NCBI GenBank assembly: GCA_000708835.1
Contig: DF237201.1
Coordinates: forward strand, 57,308-121,307
Reading direction: 5' to 3'
Length of the DNA: 64,000 nt
From: Klebsormidium nitens
Taxonomy: Eukaryota > Plantae > Klebsormidiophyceae
The position numbers were made by a program, and so were the translations under genes. A model generated the notes under the pieces. That model did not search any database and was not told the DNA's origin. It saw nothing but the letters and a program-made list of their open reading frames with translations. Position 1 is the stretch's first letter. Each line of letters starts with the position of its first letter. Shown here piece by piece: positions 24,601 through 37,399 of the stretch.

Positions 24601-25300
24601 CACTTTGCTTACTAAATGGCATTCCCTCACCTCCGCCAAACTCGTCAGAAGCCTGGATAGCCTCCTTGGTTCTAGTAGTGGCTATGAAGAAACAATTTTC
24701 AGATATGGGCTCGCTGTTTGAGCCCACTGGAACTCTTGTTTAAAAGCCGCCATTAGATCCGCTGTGGATAAATGTACGGCTATGTTTTGAGTTTCTTTCA
24801 TTTCGAGTCAGTTCCTCAAGCGGTGGTCCGTCTCCAGTACCAAAGACTTTGCATACAAGCCATTGTCACGTTGCCCTTTTCCTCGTAACACTGAACCCGC
24901 TTTCTGGGCTCTCCGAGTGATGCAGGGATCACGTGCTTGCTTCTTCTGATCAGGTACTAGAAGGAGGTTTCGACGATCGGTGGTAGCGATTACGGCTATG
25001 ACGATTATCCAACGTGCCAGAAAGGGTTTCCGGGCAGGGACGGTAAAGCAGGGGATCCCTGGAAATTTTGCTGGCCGAAGCCGTGGATAGTCCTACTCCG
25101 CGAATCGTTATCGATTCTGATTTCAAGGTGGTAAACAAAGCAGTAGAAGGGCTCATATTTGAGCCTGCCGATTCTGCGAGGTCGGCGCAACTAAGGATTT
25201 TCCAAAATATGGTAGACGGGTGCATCAAGCAATGGCTGGAATTGGCACAGGACATGAGCTTTCGTTGACAGTACCAATGAGCATGGATCTGAGAAGCCAG
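21600..25300 (-). pseudogene. Decayed paralog colinear with the 5' half of A2
   Basis: Offset ~12.2-12.5 kb from A2. ARRLIIA (AGG AGA vs AGG CGA, synonymous) at 23140 vs 10790; VPVGSNSEPI..FIATT vs VPVGSNSKPI..FIATT at 24680 vs 12200. Confidence 0.6.
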
Positions 25301-28300
25301 CTTGGTTCAGATACAGCTAATTGCACACATTGGGACTTTTCTGTCATGGAAAGTAACGGGGTGATCCAATCTCGAACGGAAGTGGAGAAAGAGTGTCTGC
25401 AGAACTGGAACATTTATGCAGTTGATGCGTCCTCGAGCCCGGCCTAACCGGGGCCTGAATTCTACTTTGATCCACATGTCAAGAAGCAGGTCCCAAGTAT
25501 CTGCAACTTAAAATTGTCAGACATCTCTCGTTCTGGCCGCCCGGCAGTAGAAGAACGATACGAGGCTTTGATCTAGGCGATAGGCCTGGCAAAGTCCCCG
25601 GATCGAGGATTTTACAGGGAACAGCATATTCTTCATGCGGCCGTCGCGTTGGGTCGGCTTCCTATCTCGTCATCTGTGAGGGTCATGTGAATTGCAAACG
25701 GTACCTTTTGGCGTGGCGCAACTGCCAACTTCTTTATCTCCGCCTGACTTGTCATGACGCTTGCCAGAAGACCTCTTCAATTCTAGCGGCGATGAGAAAC
25801 ACAATCCGCAGTCTGGGCTCGGGTAAGTATTGGTCCGGATGAGTTTTGGCGATCTTCCATCTGAGGCCGCGCTTAGTCCGCATCCTGAATGAAGTCATCC
25901 CTCAGAACGATCCGAGATCGACTTGTCACGTCGTATGAGTCTGTGTTTGACGTGCCTCAGGCTTTACTGACGGCAACGGAGTGAATTTAGAAGTACAATT
26001 GTATCTCTTCCGCCCTTCTTCTGTTTGTCCATCATCAGACGCGGTCGATTGATCCGTTGGGCGATCCACGGAGTGTGCCGTCTCTGGAGCTGCTTTCCAA
26101 CTTTACTGAACACAGTAGGAATTGCGCCTCTGCTCAACCTCGAAACACCGGTGCAAAGGAAGCTGAAAGCACTGATCGGTTTTCTCGAATACGGATCATT
26201 TTAGCCTGCTGGCGCCAGACGTTAAGGTAAAGTTGAGCAGCTTTTGTAACACCGTTGTATATTGCACTTCTTCCGGCTTTCTCCATTTATGCTTTCTGCT
26301 TTCTGATCCTGCTTCCTCGAGCAGACTGGCCATTCCTCTTGCAGGCAAAACGTCCGATCGAGCTTTGCGTCGCTACAGTCAGAGCGTGGGTATGCTGGTT
26401 AACATCCGTTATCGAGCGCTTCAAACAATCCTTCAGTGATGGTATAGGTGATTGGACCAAGACTTGTGTCAATGCAAGTTCGCTCTCTTCCGAGTCGGCA
26501 GCTTATGAGACACCTCTGGATCTTCCCCCATTGTTTGGCTCGTCACGGTCTCTCTGTTTTTAAGCGTGTGCACTCTTAAGAGATCCGGTTATATGCCTAT
26601 ACCGCACCGCCTTAAGGTTCGTAAGCGAATGTACGTTGGGTCAAATCCAGGTTAGGCCGGGCTTTAGGAGTTTCCATTGATTTTCAGGACCCAATCCGAC
26701 ATAAGGCAATGAAACACAGACCCTCGTTTGGGTTACATGCAACGGCAAAGCTCAGTGGGGACTTTGGACAATTGAGGCCTCTTTCGACAACCATAGGCTA
26801 TAACTTGTTGACCTCCCTCTTCTTGTCATCTAAGTCAACCAGCGAATTCTGTCCACGGTGTCTTCAGAATGTGATTACTGCAGTCATCGCTTCTTACCTT
26901 ACTCTCAAGCCCTAGTGTTGCTCAGAGTTACACTTCAAGTTGGTTTGACCCATGTTAAAAATCCGAGAGCAGATGATTGTCAGGCCAAATCTGTGCAAAC
27001 TTCTTTCGTCGTATTTTAAGTGCAGGAGTTATCAGATCGAATCATGCTCGAAAGGGCTCACTTATTGTGCATGCTGAAACAGCTTGTCATAGCAAAGCCC
27101 TAGCCTGATTACATTTTGGCCACAGTATGTCCAACTAGCGGAATCCGCGCCTGCCCTCGTCGCGGAACCGACTCTGGAGGCCGTATTCGGGATTTTGCAG
27201 AGAGCTTTCCCTCAGACGTCGACCGTTTTGGGTCGTTTTCAAAGACTCGCTAAGCTTCAAACATAGAGAGGCTTTGGAGTCGAAGCTCTTCCCGTGCGCT
27301 CGACGCCAATTGGCAACCAAGCGTTACGACCATTTGTTTCTTGCGCGCTTCGTATTCTGCGCTCAATCTTATAGAATATGGTGCCGCAACGTCACTGCGT
27401 TTGGTTTTCCCTTGATTGAAAACCAAGCGCAGTACTTGGCTTAGTACTGTACTCACAAGAGGTTCTCGCATAGTATATTCGCTATAGATCTCGGCTATGA
27501 CAATTCCTGAATGGGGAACCCTTCCACGGGCGTGAACCTGCAAAAGCTGAACGCGAGAAGTGTAATCGGAGCCAATCTTGCTACGAATAGCTCATTCAAC
27601 AGTCGCTCTTAATTTTTGGGGGATGACTCCGTGGCCTGGTAAAATGATATCAGAATGGAGAAGATGTCTAATCATCTTCTTGGTCTAATGCGAAGCCATT
27701 CTAATCCGCTGTCGTTCGATCAATTTTGTCCAGATGTGCGATGCAGAAAGCATCAGGTGTTCGGCTCGTCAGCCAACGAATGACGTTAGAACTAACCAGT
27801 AAGCGTCTCCAATTTCTTCCTGCCAGCAGTTTAGATACCCCGACTTGCAGTAACTTGGGTTCAGTGGGCGCTTTGCTTGAGCGGAAGGTCGAAGAAAAGT
27901 TGGCACTCGAAGGACAACCTTCACACACTTTACAGTACTACAGAGAAGGTCTTTGGCTGTCAACGCAATTCGCGCGCTACCAGATCTGTACGGTGAGCTG
28001 AGTGCGCCAGGCTTGCCGCACTGACGAACGTGTCTAGTTGTTGGCCTGAGCCTTTCCAATTTCCGGAGGCTCTGCACGCTTGTCTGAAGAGGCCGGCCGT
28101 CCATAAAGGCTTTTGTCGAAGCACAGAGTATTGGAAAGGTTTGACACTGAATCAGAAAAAGCCAATTGATCAGGTCGGGTATTACTAGTCCGGGGCAACG
28201 AAAACGTGCAACGTCAAGATGCAACCTGGTTCCTTGCCACCAACCTACTTTTGCAAGTTAACCACTGGTCGTGAGCGTTTTCGGTTCGTAGTGACAAACT

Positions 28301-31200
28301 TCGCGCCTCCTCGATCGATACTTTCGCGTCCTTCGAGAGCACCTTCGACTGCGTGACGCAGGACAATTTCTGCATTTATGTCGCTCGTTCGGAAGGATCA
28401 GTACGACTATATCTTACCAAAAGCTGTGAAAGTAGAGCCTTTTTAAGATGGTGATTCCACACCCTGCTTGTTAGGCTTCGCAAGATCTAGATCCGGCCGT
28501 GCATGAAAGCGCAAAACGTTTGGCCCGCTCGTCGACGCCCAGAGTTGAAACTTGTTGATGCCCCTGGCCTCCCTTTTTGATCAATGTCAAAGGTGGGCTT
28601 GCTCCCTCTGAACGCGATCATGGTCCAGCGCTTTCCACGTATTGTTAGCGCTGTTTTCCATCTCTTACAAACGCAGACCCTATTTCTTTCAAGTGAGCTT
28701 CCGTTGTGGCCGGCACTAGTACTCTGTCGGCCGCGGGTTGTCGTCCTCATCGGCGGCGTGTTGGGGTCTCCTTTGCGGAGTGCCCGCTTTCCGTCACAAA
28801 CTTCTTACTTACTCCGGGCTTAGCCGGGGTCTTGGACGGCTTTCCAGATGTCATCTGCACGCAGAAATCATCAATCTTGTTCAACGTCCAAAGTTCAGCC
28901 CAGGGATGAACGTCCTACGCGGACGCGACGCTGAGGCCTGCATTTGATCATCCTTGCGAGGCGGACCGGTGTCTCGAGTCGTTCTCTGCCCTCAATTTTC
29001 AGAAGACCGTTACAAGACGGGCTCCGAGCTTGTTTTATCGCTTGCAGTGTGTACTAGGTCCTGGCTATGACAAATTGGAAGTGGGAACGTTTCCAGAGGC
29101 TGTTCGCAACATGATCGGAGCCGAGCAACGATATGCCCGTTCACCCTAGTCGACTTTGTCCATCAAGTAACCGTTTCTTTCCTGAACAAATTGATTTCAG
29201 AGGATCGAAGCGGACGTCAGCTCGAACTGCGCGCGCGCGCTCTTAAGCTTCTCACCAGCGTCTATGCCAACTTGAAGCGGTCCGTTTTCACTGATGTATT
29301 TGAAGTCAACTGATTTGCACTTGCAATAGCGAGAGCTCGTGTTTTTTCCATGTTGGCAGACCACGGAAACTGAACGAAGCGACTAAGCTGCGGCAGTGGC
29401 TTGAGTGCTCTTTCAAATTCTGGGCTGCAGCAAAGGCCCTTGTGATCAAAGCCCTCGAATCTCTTGGTTACGGAGAAGATCTGCGTTGCAACGATCTCCA
29501 TTAGTGCGCGCTGCGTAATCTCGTCTGTGTGCGCCCCCGGACTTGCCGCACTGATGCGACGAGCGTGCAGTCTAGCTCTTTTGCTTCGCTCAAATTTGAA
29601 ACCCTCGTTTGGTCAGTTGTCTTATCAATCCATGTTCCAATATTATTACCCAATCCGCATGTCCTTAACAAAGCACACTACTTACCTCTCAAACATTTCT
29701 TTGCCAAGTCACAACAAGCGCCAGATGAATTTCGGTTCAGCTTCGACACATTCCGCCAATCTATGCACTGAAGTAGTTGCTGCTTTATGGCGTACGTCAG
29801 TCAGCGCCCGCACATAGTTGAGCTGAGTGGCGATGAAAGGGTTCAGTCGTCACCTCAGACTGGGCGACTGACAGGGTGTGGTTTTCTACCATCTCGAAGC
29901 CACCGTAACGTTGTAATCGTCATCAAAGGTCGAGAGGCTGCGGCGCGGACGAACGAAACGTATATGGCAAAAGACAATCTCTTCCTTTGCGAACATGAAC
30001 TGAAGAGTCCTTGCGCTTGAACAATGTCGACGGATCCAAGTTGTCACCGCAGAAGCGATTGCTTATTGAGCGGATTGTTTGACCACCACCAGTGGAAAGA
30101 AGGTGCTAGCTTTTTGGTGATCAATTGTCTCCGCTAGGTAAGAGTCTCGCGAGCTCGGGTTTGCGTGACGACAACCAAGCCGAATTTGGCGAAATATCAG
30201 CCCGATTCAACGTTCACTACAAAAGGACGGCCGGGGGTTCGAGACTGACTTACGAATCTAAGTACTCTAACCCTCAGCATTTGGTATGGCTGTCAAAGAA
30301 CGCCTTCAACAAGTTGAGCAAATCGCATATCCGTACCATATCGGGCTTCAACAAGTTGCAATCCTGTCATGGTCATGGCGGCCTGATCAGATGCACTGGG
30401 CTCCGCAGCGCTCCTCACTAGCTCCCGCAGTTGGCGTGTTGATTGAACAGAAGATCTCAAGTTCGCTCGATGCCTTTGCCTTGGTGGATGCTTCCGAGTC
30501 AACGTGACGTTCTCAATTAAAGCAACGGTCCCCATCAGGATGTGGGTCATTCAATTTTGAACACGCGATAAGGTTCAAACTGCGTGTCATATTAAGAGCA
30601 ACTTTTCATGAAGTTCCGGGGAATAGCGTTTATTTCCTCTCAATGCTCAATCGTACTTGATCTGCATGATTGAGAAGGACTTCATCCGTGACCTCATTGA
30701 AGTACTTTGGTGTTTAGCCCCGACGAATGCGTAATGTCTAATCGGTACAGCGCGACTTTTTAACTGCCAGCTTTCACCACTTTCTGCCGACGTTTGCCTT
30801 GTGCCTGGGGGCTTTTGGCATCAAGCGGTCCCAACACGGGCACGGCCTGATCGAAAAGGATGTACGAGATACGGTCTGAATGGTCCGGACTATCTTCCTG
30901 GCTTGCAATGACTTTAGGACGACGCTTGCGGTCTGACCAAGCCTGCATGGTCAATGCCCAATATCTTGCCTGCATGACAATCATCGGACGCCTCAGACAT
31001 GCGGTTTATTTTGACGGAAGCGCTGCATCTTTTGACTGACGTCTGATTTGAAATTAGTGAAGTAAAGCTTACCTACTTCCGACTCGGCCGGCGACCAAAC
31101 AAATCTTTAACAAACTTCGAATTGTTCAAAATTCTCAGCACAGGTTGTCCTTAGAATCACGCCCTGTTTCTACCCCGTTTCTACATAGAAGATCATTTAT
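25300..31200 (-). pseudogene. Further decayed long-ORF segments (cluster 1, 5'-most part)
   Basis: A single minus frame runs 27543 to 26287 with scattered stops. Protein-like fragments at 29262-29501 and 30293-30550. Only 25915-26400 has a confirmed paralog. Confidence 0.45.
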
Positions 31201-32880
31201 CGTCGAGACTCGAAACAGCCGCTTTCGATGCCGTGCGCTCAGGCAAATTTAATGCATTCACTGAGCGACAGAATCTCTCGACGGATCGTACCTCACGTCA
31301 ACAGTATCGAACTGAATTTACGGCCAATTGAAGAGGCCGTCGCAATGACATCTCGGAGTCTTCACACTAAAAGCGACAATACTACTGCAATCAAGCCTAT
31401 CAGGTCGCCGCAGACGTCTTAAACGGAGGCAAGGAGGAAAACAGAGACGTCGAAATGTTGCGCACTGCTCAGACGTGCCAGACCATACACTAGGTACTGA
31501 TCTGTACACTAACCAACTGAAACTTTTTGTCTATTTTCCCGGTTGCAAACGCCGGCTCCGGGGTTAGCCTGTCAAATCCAACCGGACATTTCAAAGCCAT
31601 TCCTACTTTCCCGGGTGTGCCCCGGTAGGTAAGCTCGGTACCGGTACTTAGGAGAAAATCCTAGACGGTGTCCCAGCTTCAAATTCAGGCTCACCATCAC
31701 TCTCGACACTGCCCCGCTTCAGGTGCGGTATGCCAGTCCGCAGACTCCATCTGATGAGCTGCGTATGGCCAGATTGTACATCACAAAAACAAACGGTTCC
31801 GGGCCCAGCCGCCCGGCCATCTTGAACAAATTGTGAGTTATAACTTATAACTTATACCCGTACTTATACCCGTACTGCCATTGGGACTTCGCCTACAGAT
31901 AATTGTTTTGAGCCCCAGCAAAAAGTCTTGGAAATTAGTCGGTGCCCGGTACAAAAAGTTGAGACGAATAAACGAAAATTTTCAGTCCAAAAACGCCGTT
32001 TTTAGCGGGTAAAAAATTCCAACAACGAAAACGAAAATACTTTCGTTTGCCCGGGGTGAACATGCATAATCGATTATTCGCGACCTCTGGGGGCGAATGT
32101 GGGCGAATACCTTAGGCAGTACGGTAAGAGGCAAAGTTCAGTACCTATCACATCGTAGATTTAACGGTAGGCTCTTGGTGCGCGTCCCCAGGTGACTGTA
32201 CTTCGTGTACCCACTGCACTGGTAGTAAAAGTAACTACCGGTCCTCAGGCTCAGCCAATCATTCACAGTGTCACCTACCGGGATGGTAGGTGAAGTTTGA
32301 ACGATTCTCTCACGAGTCACGAGTCACAATCCGTGTGATGTGTACCAGTAACCAGCCTGGCAGCTGTTGTGTGAACATAGGTACGCGTTTGGCTTCAGGT
32401 GGCAGGGGCCGCAGGGGGCGGCAGGGCTGCACTGTGCAGGCCCGGCCCAGGGCCCATTGCAGCTGGTCAAGTGCATCATGGCTCTCGCGAAAGTGTTAAC
32501 ATTTCTTAGAGGCAGTAAAGGCAGCTTGTAGAAGAAGTTCAGTCCTCATGTGACTGTTCAACGAGCACTGCACAGTGCAGCCGTTAGCCCTAGTCCATAC
32601 ATCATTGTGAGCGTCAGCATTGCCCCCACTCCCAATTTTCATGCAGAGACAGCAACGCATAACAGGCTGTCGCAATAATTGTTGGAACACCACATCGTTC
32701 AATGGGCACAGGTTTTCAATCTATTGAAAAGGAGCTGGAATCGTCTGAAAGGGCCTCACAATCTTACGGACTTCCTTCCATTCAAAGAGGACTCAGACAT
32801 TCATCTCTCTAAAACTTGACCTCGAATGCACAATCTCCGCCCGTGTGTCTCTCTGACTTGAGCTAAGCGCCAGGGCAACA

Positions 32881-33090
32881 ATGGACTCCAAGCATGGGGA
32901 AGGCGCATACGGTGTTGACCATATGACGCGGTGCAAGCAGGGTTTTGCGGAGCACATTACTGGGCTCGTTCACACTCCCAGTCGCCTCCACGAACGTTTC
33001 TTTGCTCGGAGGACCATTGAGAGCCAGCTGTCAAGCGATAAGGCGGAGTCAGGGGCGGAGATGGTCCGTAAGCTATGGTGGCTGGACATG
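32881..33090 (+). pseudogene. CAT: CAT pseudogene coding exon 1
   Basis: ATG at 32881; donor GTGAGC at 33091, phase 0. A CTGAC...CCAG acceptor just upstream (32873) suggests a 5'-UTR intron. Confidence 0.8.
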
Positions 33091-33924
33091 GTGAGCTTTC
33101 GCTAACATAAGATAAGCTGTGTTGGTGTTTTGTGCTGTTTGGAAGGAATCACAGTTTCTCATTGAGTTGAGGATATAGAACATGCCATCTATGCAAGGGT
33201 GCAATGCATTATGCGCTTTGATCGGAGGTTGGGGGGACGGACCCTTCTTGAAATCAGCCAAGGATGCATAGGCATTAAGAATTGAAGTCCCTCTAAACCC
33301 ACCATGATGCATCGAACATGAGCATACAGGCATGTGGGTGTTACACCGTATGAATTCATTCTGCAGAGACTGATCACCAAGGGTTGGGCTGACCCAATGA
33401 TACAGTATCAGCAATTGAAAACTGGCCAGTGTCGCTTCAAGGCGGCAGCTCTTCTAGATATCCACCTCTGAGGCTCCTTTTGATGGCTCTAGAGCTTCAC
33501 AGTCTACTTTGACCTCTATGCATTATTGACACTCAATGATCATAGTTGCTTTTCTCTTTTCTTCAACTCTGACTGGTTCTTGGTCCAGAGCTTAGCGGTC
33601 CAGCTGAACTTGTTGTGACAGGGGAATGTGCATGGGACAGACTCAGAAGAGCCTCTGCTCAAGTTGCGATTCACTATCTGCTATGATAGGTTTTCCGGCC
33701 ACAAATACCAAGATCCTCTTTGCTGGTTCTAAGTGTGCTTCTGGAGCCTGGGGCTTGCATTAGGGAGGTGGCGAAAAACGTCAATCATCAAGGCGTCTAA
33801 AGACTACCAGTCTTGAGACGTCTAAAGCCTGCGGTTCTCGCCTAATGGCCAGCTATCAACAATCTGACACTAAACTTCGCATAAGAACATGGGCTGAGCC
33901 TGACTCCTCTTTGCCTTTCTGCAG

Positions 33925-34033
33925 ATCATCTTTGGAGTGGGCAGCATGGTGGGCGCCGGCGTGTTTGTCATCACGGGGGTGGCGGCCAACGAGCTTTCAG
34001 GACCCAGTGTCATCCTTTCCTACATTGTGTCAG
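33925..34033 (+). pseudogene. CAT: CAT pseudogene coding exon 2 (TM1-TM2)
   Basis: TTTCTGCAG acceptor; GSMVGAGVFV signature; GTAGGT donor, phase 1. Confidence 0.9.
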
Positions 34034-34698
34034 GTAGGTCAAGCTTGACGCCGTCAAACACTCGGACTCGTTGAATCCTGTGACTGGGAATGAAGTCATG
34101 GTTGCGGGAAATGATGAGAAGGTTTATTAATGCTGGCGTGTAACAGATTCGTCACATCTCTTTCACTCCCCATGCCTCTGTCGAGAGTCGATGTTCTCTT
34201 TTGGCTATTGGTTACGCAGCAGCCTTTAGGCAATCCCCATGTACCAACTTTGAAGCCTTACCTGGTTTCTTTTACTCTGAACCACTTTCCATTGAACCGC
34301 TTTTTCACCGTTATTCTCACTCTGCGTCTCCCTTCCACAAGGAACCAGTCACACTTCTTTCGACGGCCCAATCTTTTATTGCCGCTCTAGTCGTCAATTT
34401 TCACCAACTCATCCATGAAACATAACCTGACATGACTTCTTCTGTGCTGACCCACTTCACATGTCTCGCTGCCCCTGATCTTTAGGAAGGTCCATCCCAA
34501 GGATTTTCAAACCCTGAATCTGGCTTAGAGCGGTGCACTAGCAAAGTAAAGAGCGGTCGAGCTAACCTTCTTAAACCCCACCAACGAGGGCCCGCCCGTT
34601 CTTTTTGCCACCCCAGTTCGCTTCCCAAAATGGGCTTCAATCCCACCCGCCACTTGCCCCCCTCCCCTGACGGCCCAAGTTTCACCCCCTCCTTTCAG

Positions 34699-34966
34699 GT
34701 ATCTCGGCCCTGCTGTCAGCCTTCTGCTACACAGAGTTTGCCGTGCAGCTCCCCGTAGGGGGGGCCGCCTTCGCTTACGTGGCGCTGACGTTTGGCGAGT
34801 TCCCTGCTTACCTCACCGCGGCAATGCTGCTCATGGAGTACGTTTTGTCGCGCGGTCGTTTACGTCATACCTCGCGGCGTTATGCAACCAGGACAGTGGG
34901 AAGTTCCTGATTCACACGCCGGATTACGACCTTGATTTCATAGCAGTGGCGGTTATGGGGCTGCTC
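34699..34966 (+). pseudogene. CAT: CAT pseudogene coding exon 3 with frameshift at ~34849 and abrupt end
   Basis: CCTTTCAG acceptor; CYTEFAV motif; frame change between EYVL and ARSFTSY; homology stops after GLL with no good donor. Confidence 0.85.
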
Positions 34967-34969
34967 CGG

Positions 34970-37090
34970 TCCAGCCTGCTTTTTCACAGCGTTTGAGACT
35001 TGCTCCTCTTGAAAAACTTTCTGGTCGCCACGCTTCGAACTCCCAGGTTGCAGTCGTTCCATGCAATAGCTTGAGTTTCTCAACATTTAAAACCGGCATT
35101 GATCTCAACCTTCCTTGGGCTTTCCAGAAGCTCAATGATTGATTAGAGTAGTACAATCGATGGTGAAGCCGCTGTCACTCGTTGAGCGACTCCGAATCCT
35201 CTACGTCAAGCCATTTAAGTTTCCTCCTCGTTCTTCACGGTTAAACAAAGGCGCAGGCCGACGTCTGGATAAAATGTTTTCTTATAAACCTGCTCAAAGA
35301 TCGTGCGTCTGCTGCCACTGCTCTTTAACACAAATGGATCGAATCCGAGCAGCATCGGAGGAGCATATATCTTACCTTCTTCTTGTGAGCGCATCTGCCC
35401 GTTTGGGACGTCACTTCTTTTGGGTCAGCACGTGCTTGAAAGAGACGTTGCCTTCTAGACTATTCTCTTGATATATATAGATATGAAGGGGCTGTGATGT
35501 GCTCCGTAACAGGCTGAGCTTGAAGTGCCCACCATTGGCAGTCAGGTTCGCTTCGCACTGACGCTATCGTAGCTGTCGCTGCTTTTAAACGTCACAAGTA
35601 TATAGCAACTCCCTCAATTTTCTGCCACGGCAGAACCTGCGATCTTCACGTTTGAACTACTAAGTCTACAAGCAAGACGTCTCATTGTTCCGGATTTCTT
35701 ACTAGTCTTAGCAAGGGTCACCCTTGTGTGAATTTTGCATCTCCCTTGCTCGATCAATGGTCTGCAGTACAAGACCCTCGAGGATTACCCACAGCCTCAA
35801 AAACTATTGATGTGGCTCCGGTCTTTATCGATTGAGGAATTAAAGTGGAGTCTGCCTATGCCCTTCTTCTACTAGATACAGTCTCCGTTTCCTTTTCGCT
35901 TTTGAAATCTTGGTTTCTACATCTACTAAGAGACCGAATTGACTACAGAGAGCTCGAACTCAGAAGTACTGAGGCGCGTTCGTACACTTCCGAGCATTCG
36001 AAATAGCAGGTCGAATTCCAAGATCTGCGAGTCACATTGGAAGCTAGTTCAAGAATGCTGAAACGCAAGCCAACCAGATCTCAGAGCGTTCGCTCAAAGC
36101 TTTCTGTCAAAGAAATCAGGCTTTCCTTGATTGTATTATGAACTGAAGTTCCTCTTGGTCTGATGGGCACGGCATTGACGTCCTTTGAACGTGATCCAAG
36201 TTCTCGCTCAGTTGTCTGAAAGAGAGGCACCCCGCGGCCGGCCGGGCCCCCCAAGCAGAGCAGAGCGACCGTCGATCTGACGGTGATAAAAGATCATGTT
36301 GTTTCTAGCCGTTTTTATGCCTCCATCATTTGTTTCAAATCGCCCTGCAGTTTTTCGTTTTGACAAGAATTGGATTCGCGATCCCCTCGTACTTATGCTG
36401 ATCGTGAGGACTTTAAGTGGATTAGCCAGACAGAGCGACCAACTTTGAACGGCTGTAAGTTGCTTTATGATTACGCAATGCTGGCGAATCGCGGGACCAT
36501 CTTCAGAGGTGCTGGACTGATGGACTCTCATACCACGTTGTACGTAGGACGAGGACTTGCAATTCGGCCTTCTGAAATGATTGCAGATACCTTGCTCAAC
36601 CTGAACGTATTTTGTCCTTGTGTGAGTTGAGCTTGGCAACCCTGCTTCGTAACGGGTCGAAGGCTGTGATGAGAAGCTTTTTCCATTGCTAGGCAATGAT
36701 GAAGTCTTACGATCCTCATGAAGCCGCCTATTCTCAAGAATCCCAAGCGTTCTACCTTCTAATGATGGTCTTTTGTGGATTCGCCTCATCTTAGTGCGTA
36801 TAATAATCTACGTAACACCTTCTAATGATGGTCTTTTGTAGATTCGCCTCATCTTACTGCGTAATAATCTCGTAACACGCCAAGCATGACCCGGAATGCA
36901 ATTGTATTTATTCTCGACGGCTTTGGCCGTTAGCTGAATCAGTGGAAGCACGTGAGCACTAGCGCGCACAAGAGCTCGTTTCGCACTGCCTCGACTGATG
37001 ATCCTCCAGCCCTGATGAAGTGGAACCGCGTTTAGGACAGTGTAATATAAATCCTGGACGAACGGGGCCACAGGAAGATTCAGCAAAAGC
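34970..37090 (-). pseudogene. Decayed long-ORF segment (cluster 2), including the window's longest ORF (36208-36789, 193 aa)
   Basis: Minus ORFs 36808-37086 (VLNAVPLHQGW, related to the LPLHHG motif of other copies) and 36208-36789, the latter extended by a tandem duplication. Confidence 0.45.
36754..36876. repeat. ~63-bp tandem duplication (2 copies)
   Basis: ACCTTCTAATGATGGTCTTTTGT(G/A)GATTCGCCTCATCTTA(G/C)TGCGTA...CGTAAC starts at 36754 and 36817. Confidence 0.9.
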
Positions 37091-37399
37091 TTCTGGCGAG
37101 GGCGGCCGCGATCACCGCGCAGTGGCCGCGCGGCGGAAGTGGCGCGACAGCGCGAGCGCGTAGCGGCGGCGCTTCGCAGTTGTGGCGCACGCTACCGTCT
37201 GAAGCAGTCGTTCTCAACGTACATAGAAAGGCGCGGCGGCCAGCGGCCACGGCCATGGCCTGGGCCTGGGGTACCGTCGGCGGACAGCGTAGCGGCCGCA
37301 AAGACTGCTGCAACCGCGGTCGTGGGCAGGGCGGTCGCAGCGGCGGCGGCGGCGCGGCGGCGGTAGGGGCCGCAGGCGCGGCGAGGCGCAGCGCCCAAA

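Larger units (their letters stand above)
32881..34966 (+). pseudogene. CAT: Cationic amino-acid transporter (APC family, plant CAT1/5/8-like) 5' fragment; 3 coding exons, frameshifted and truncated
   Basis: Spliced exons 32881-33090, 33925-34033 and 34699-~34966 give ...HTPSRLHERFFARR...SGAEMVRKLWWLDM/IIFGVGSMVGAGVFVITGVAANELSGPSVILSYIVSG/ISALLSAFCYTEFAVQLPVGGAAFAYVALTFGEFPAYL...MEYVL[frameshift]ARSFTSYLAALC...YDLDFIAVAVMGLL. GT-AG introns with matching phases. Confidence 0.9.

Noticed and set aside
12190-24740. Apparently conserved in-frame TAG in two diverged paralogs (IVLS*PLL at ~12208 and IVSS*PLL at ~24680), suggesting a reassigned stop codon or RNA editing
   Set aside because: An alternative frame (VPVGSNS[K/E]PI..FIATT) is stop-free and has as many synonymous changes. 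A similar case (S*[A/E]THHC) resolved to ARRLIIA. Stops of all three types occur, and the host genes use the standard code.
32450-33750. Minus-strand text vaguely like a Harbinger transposase (CAFEVKF*RDECL; IIATAC)
   Set aside because: No DDE motifs line up, and the + strand here is clearly CAT exon 1 with its introns.
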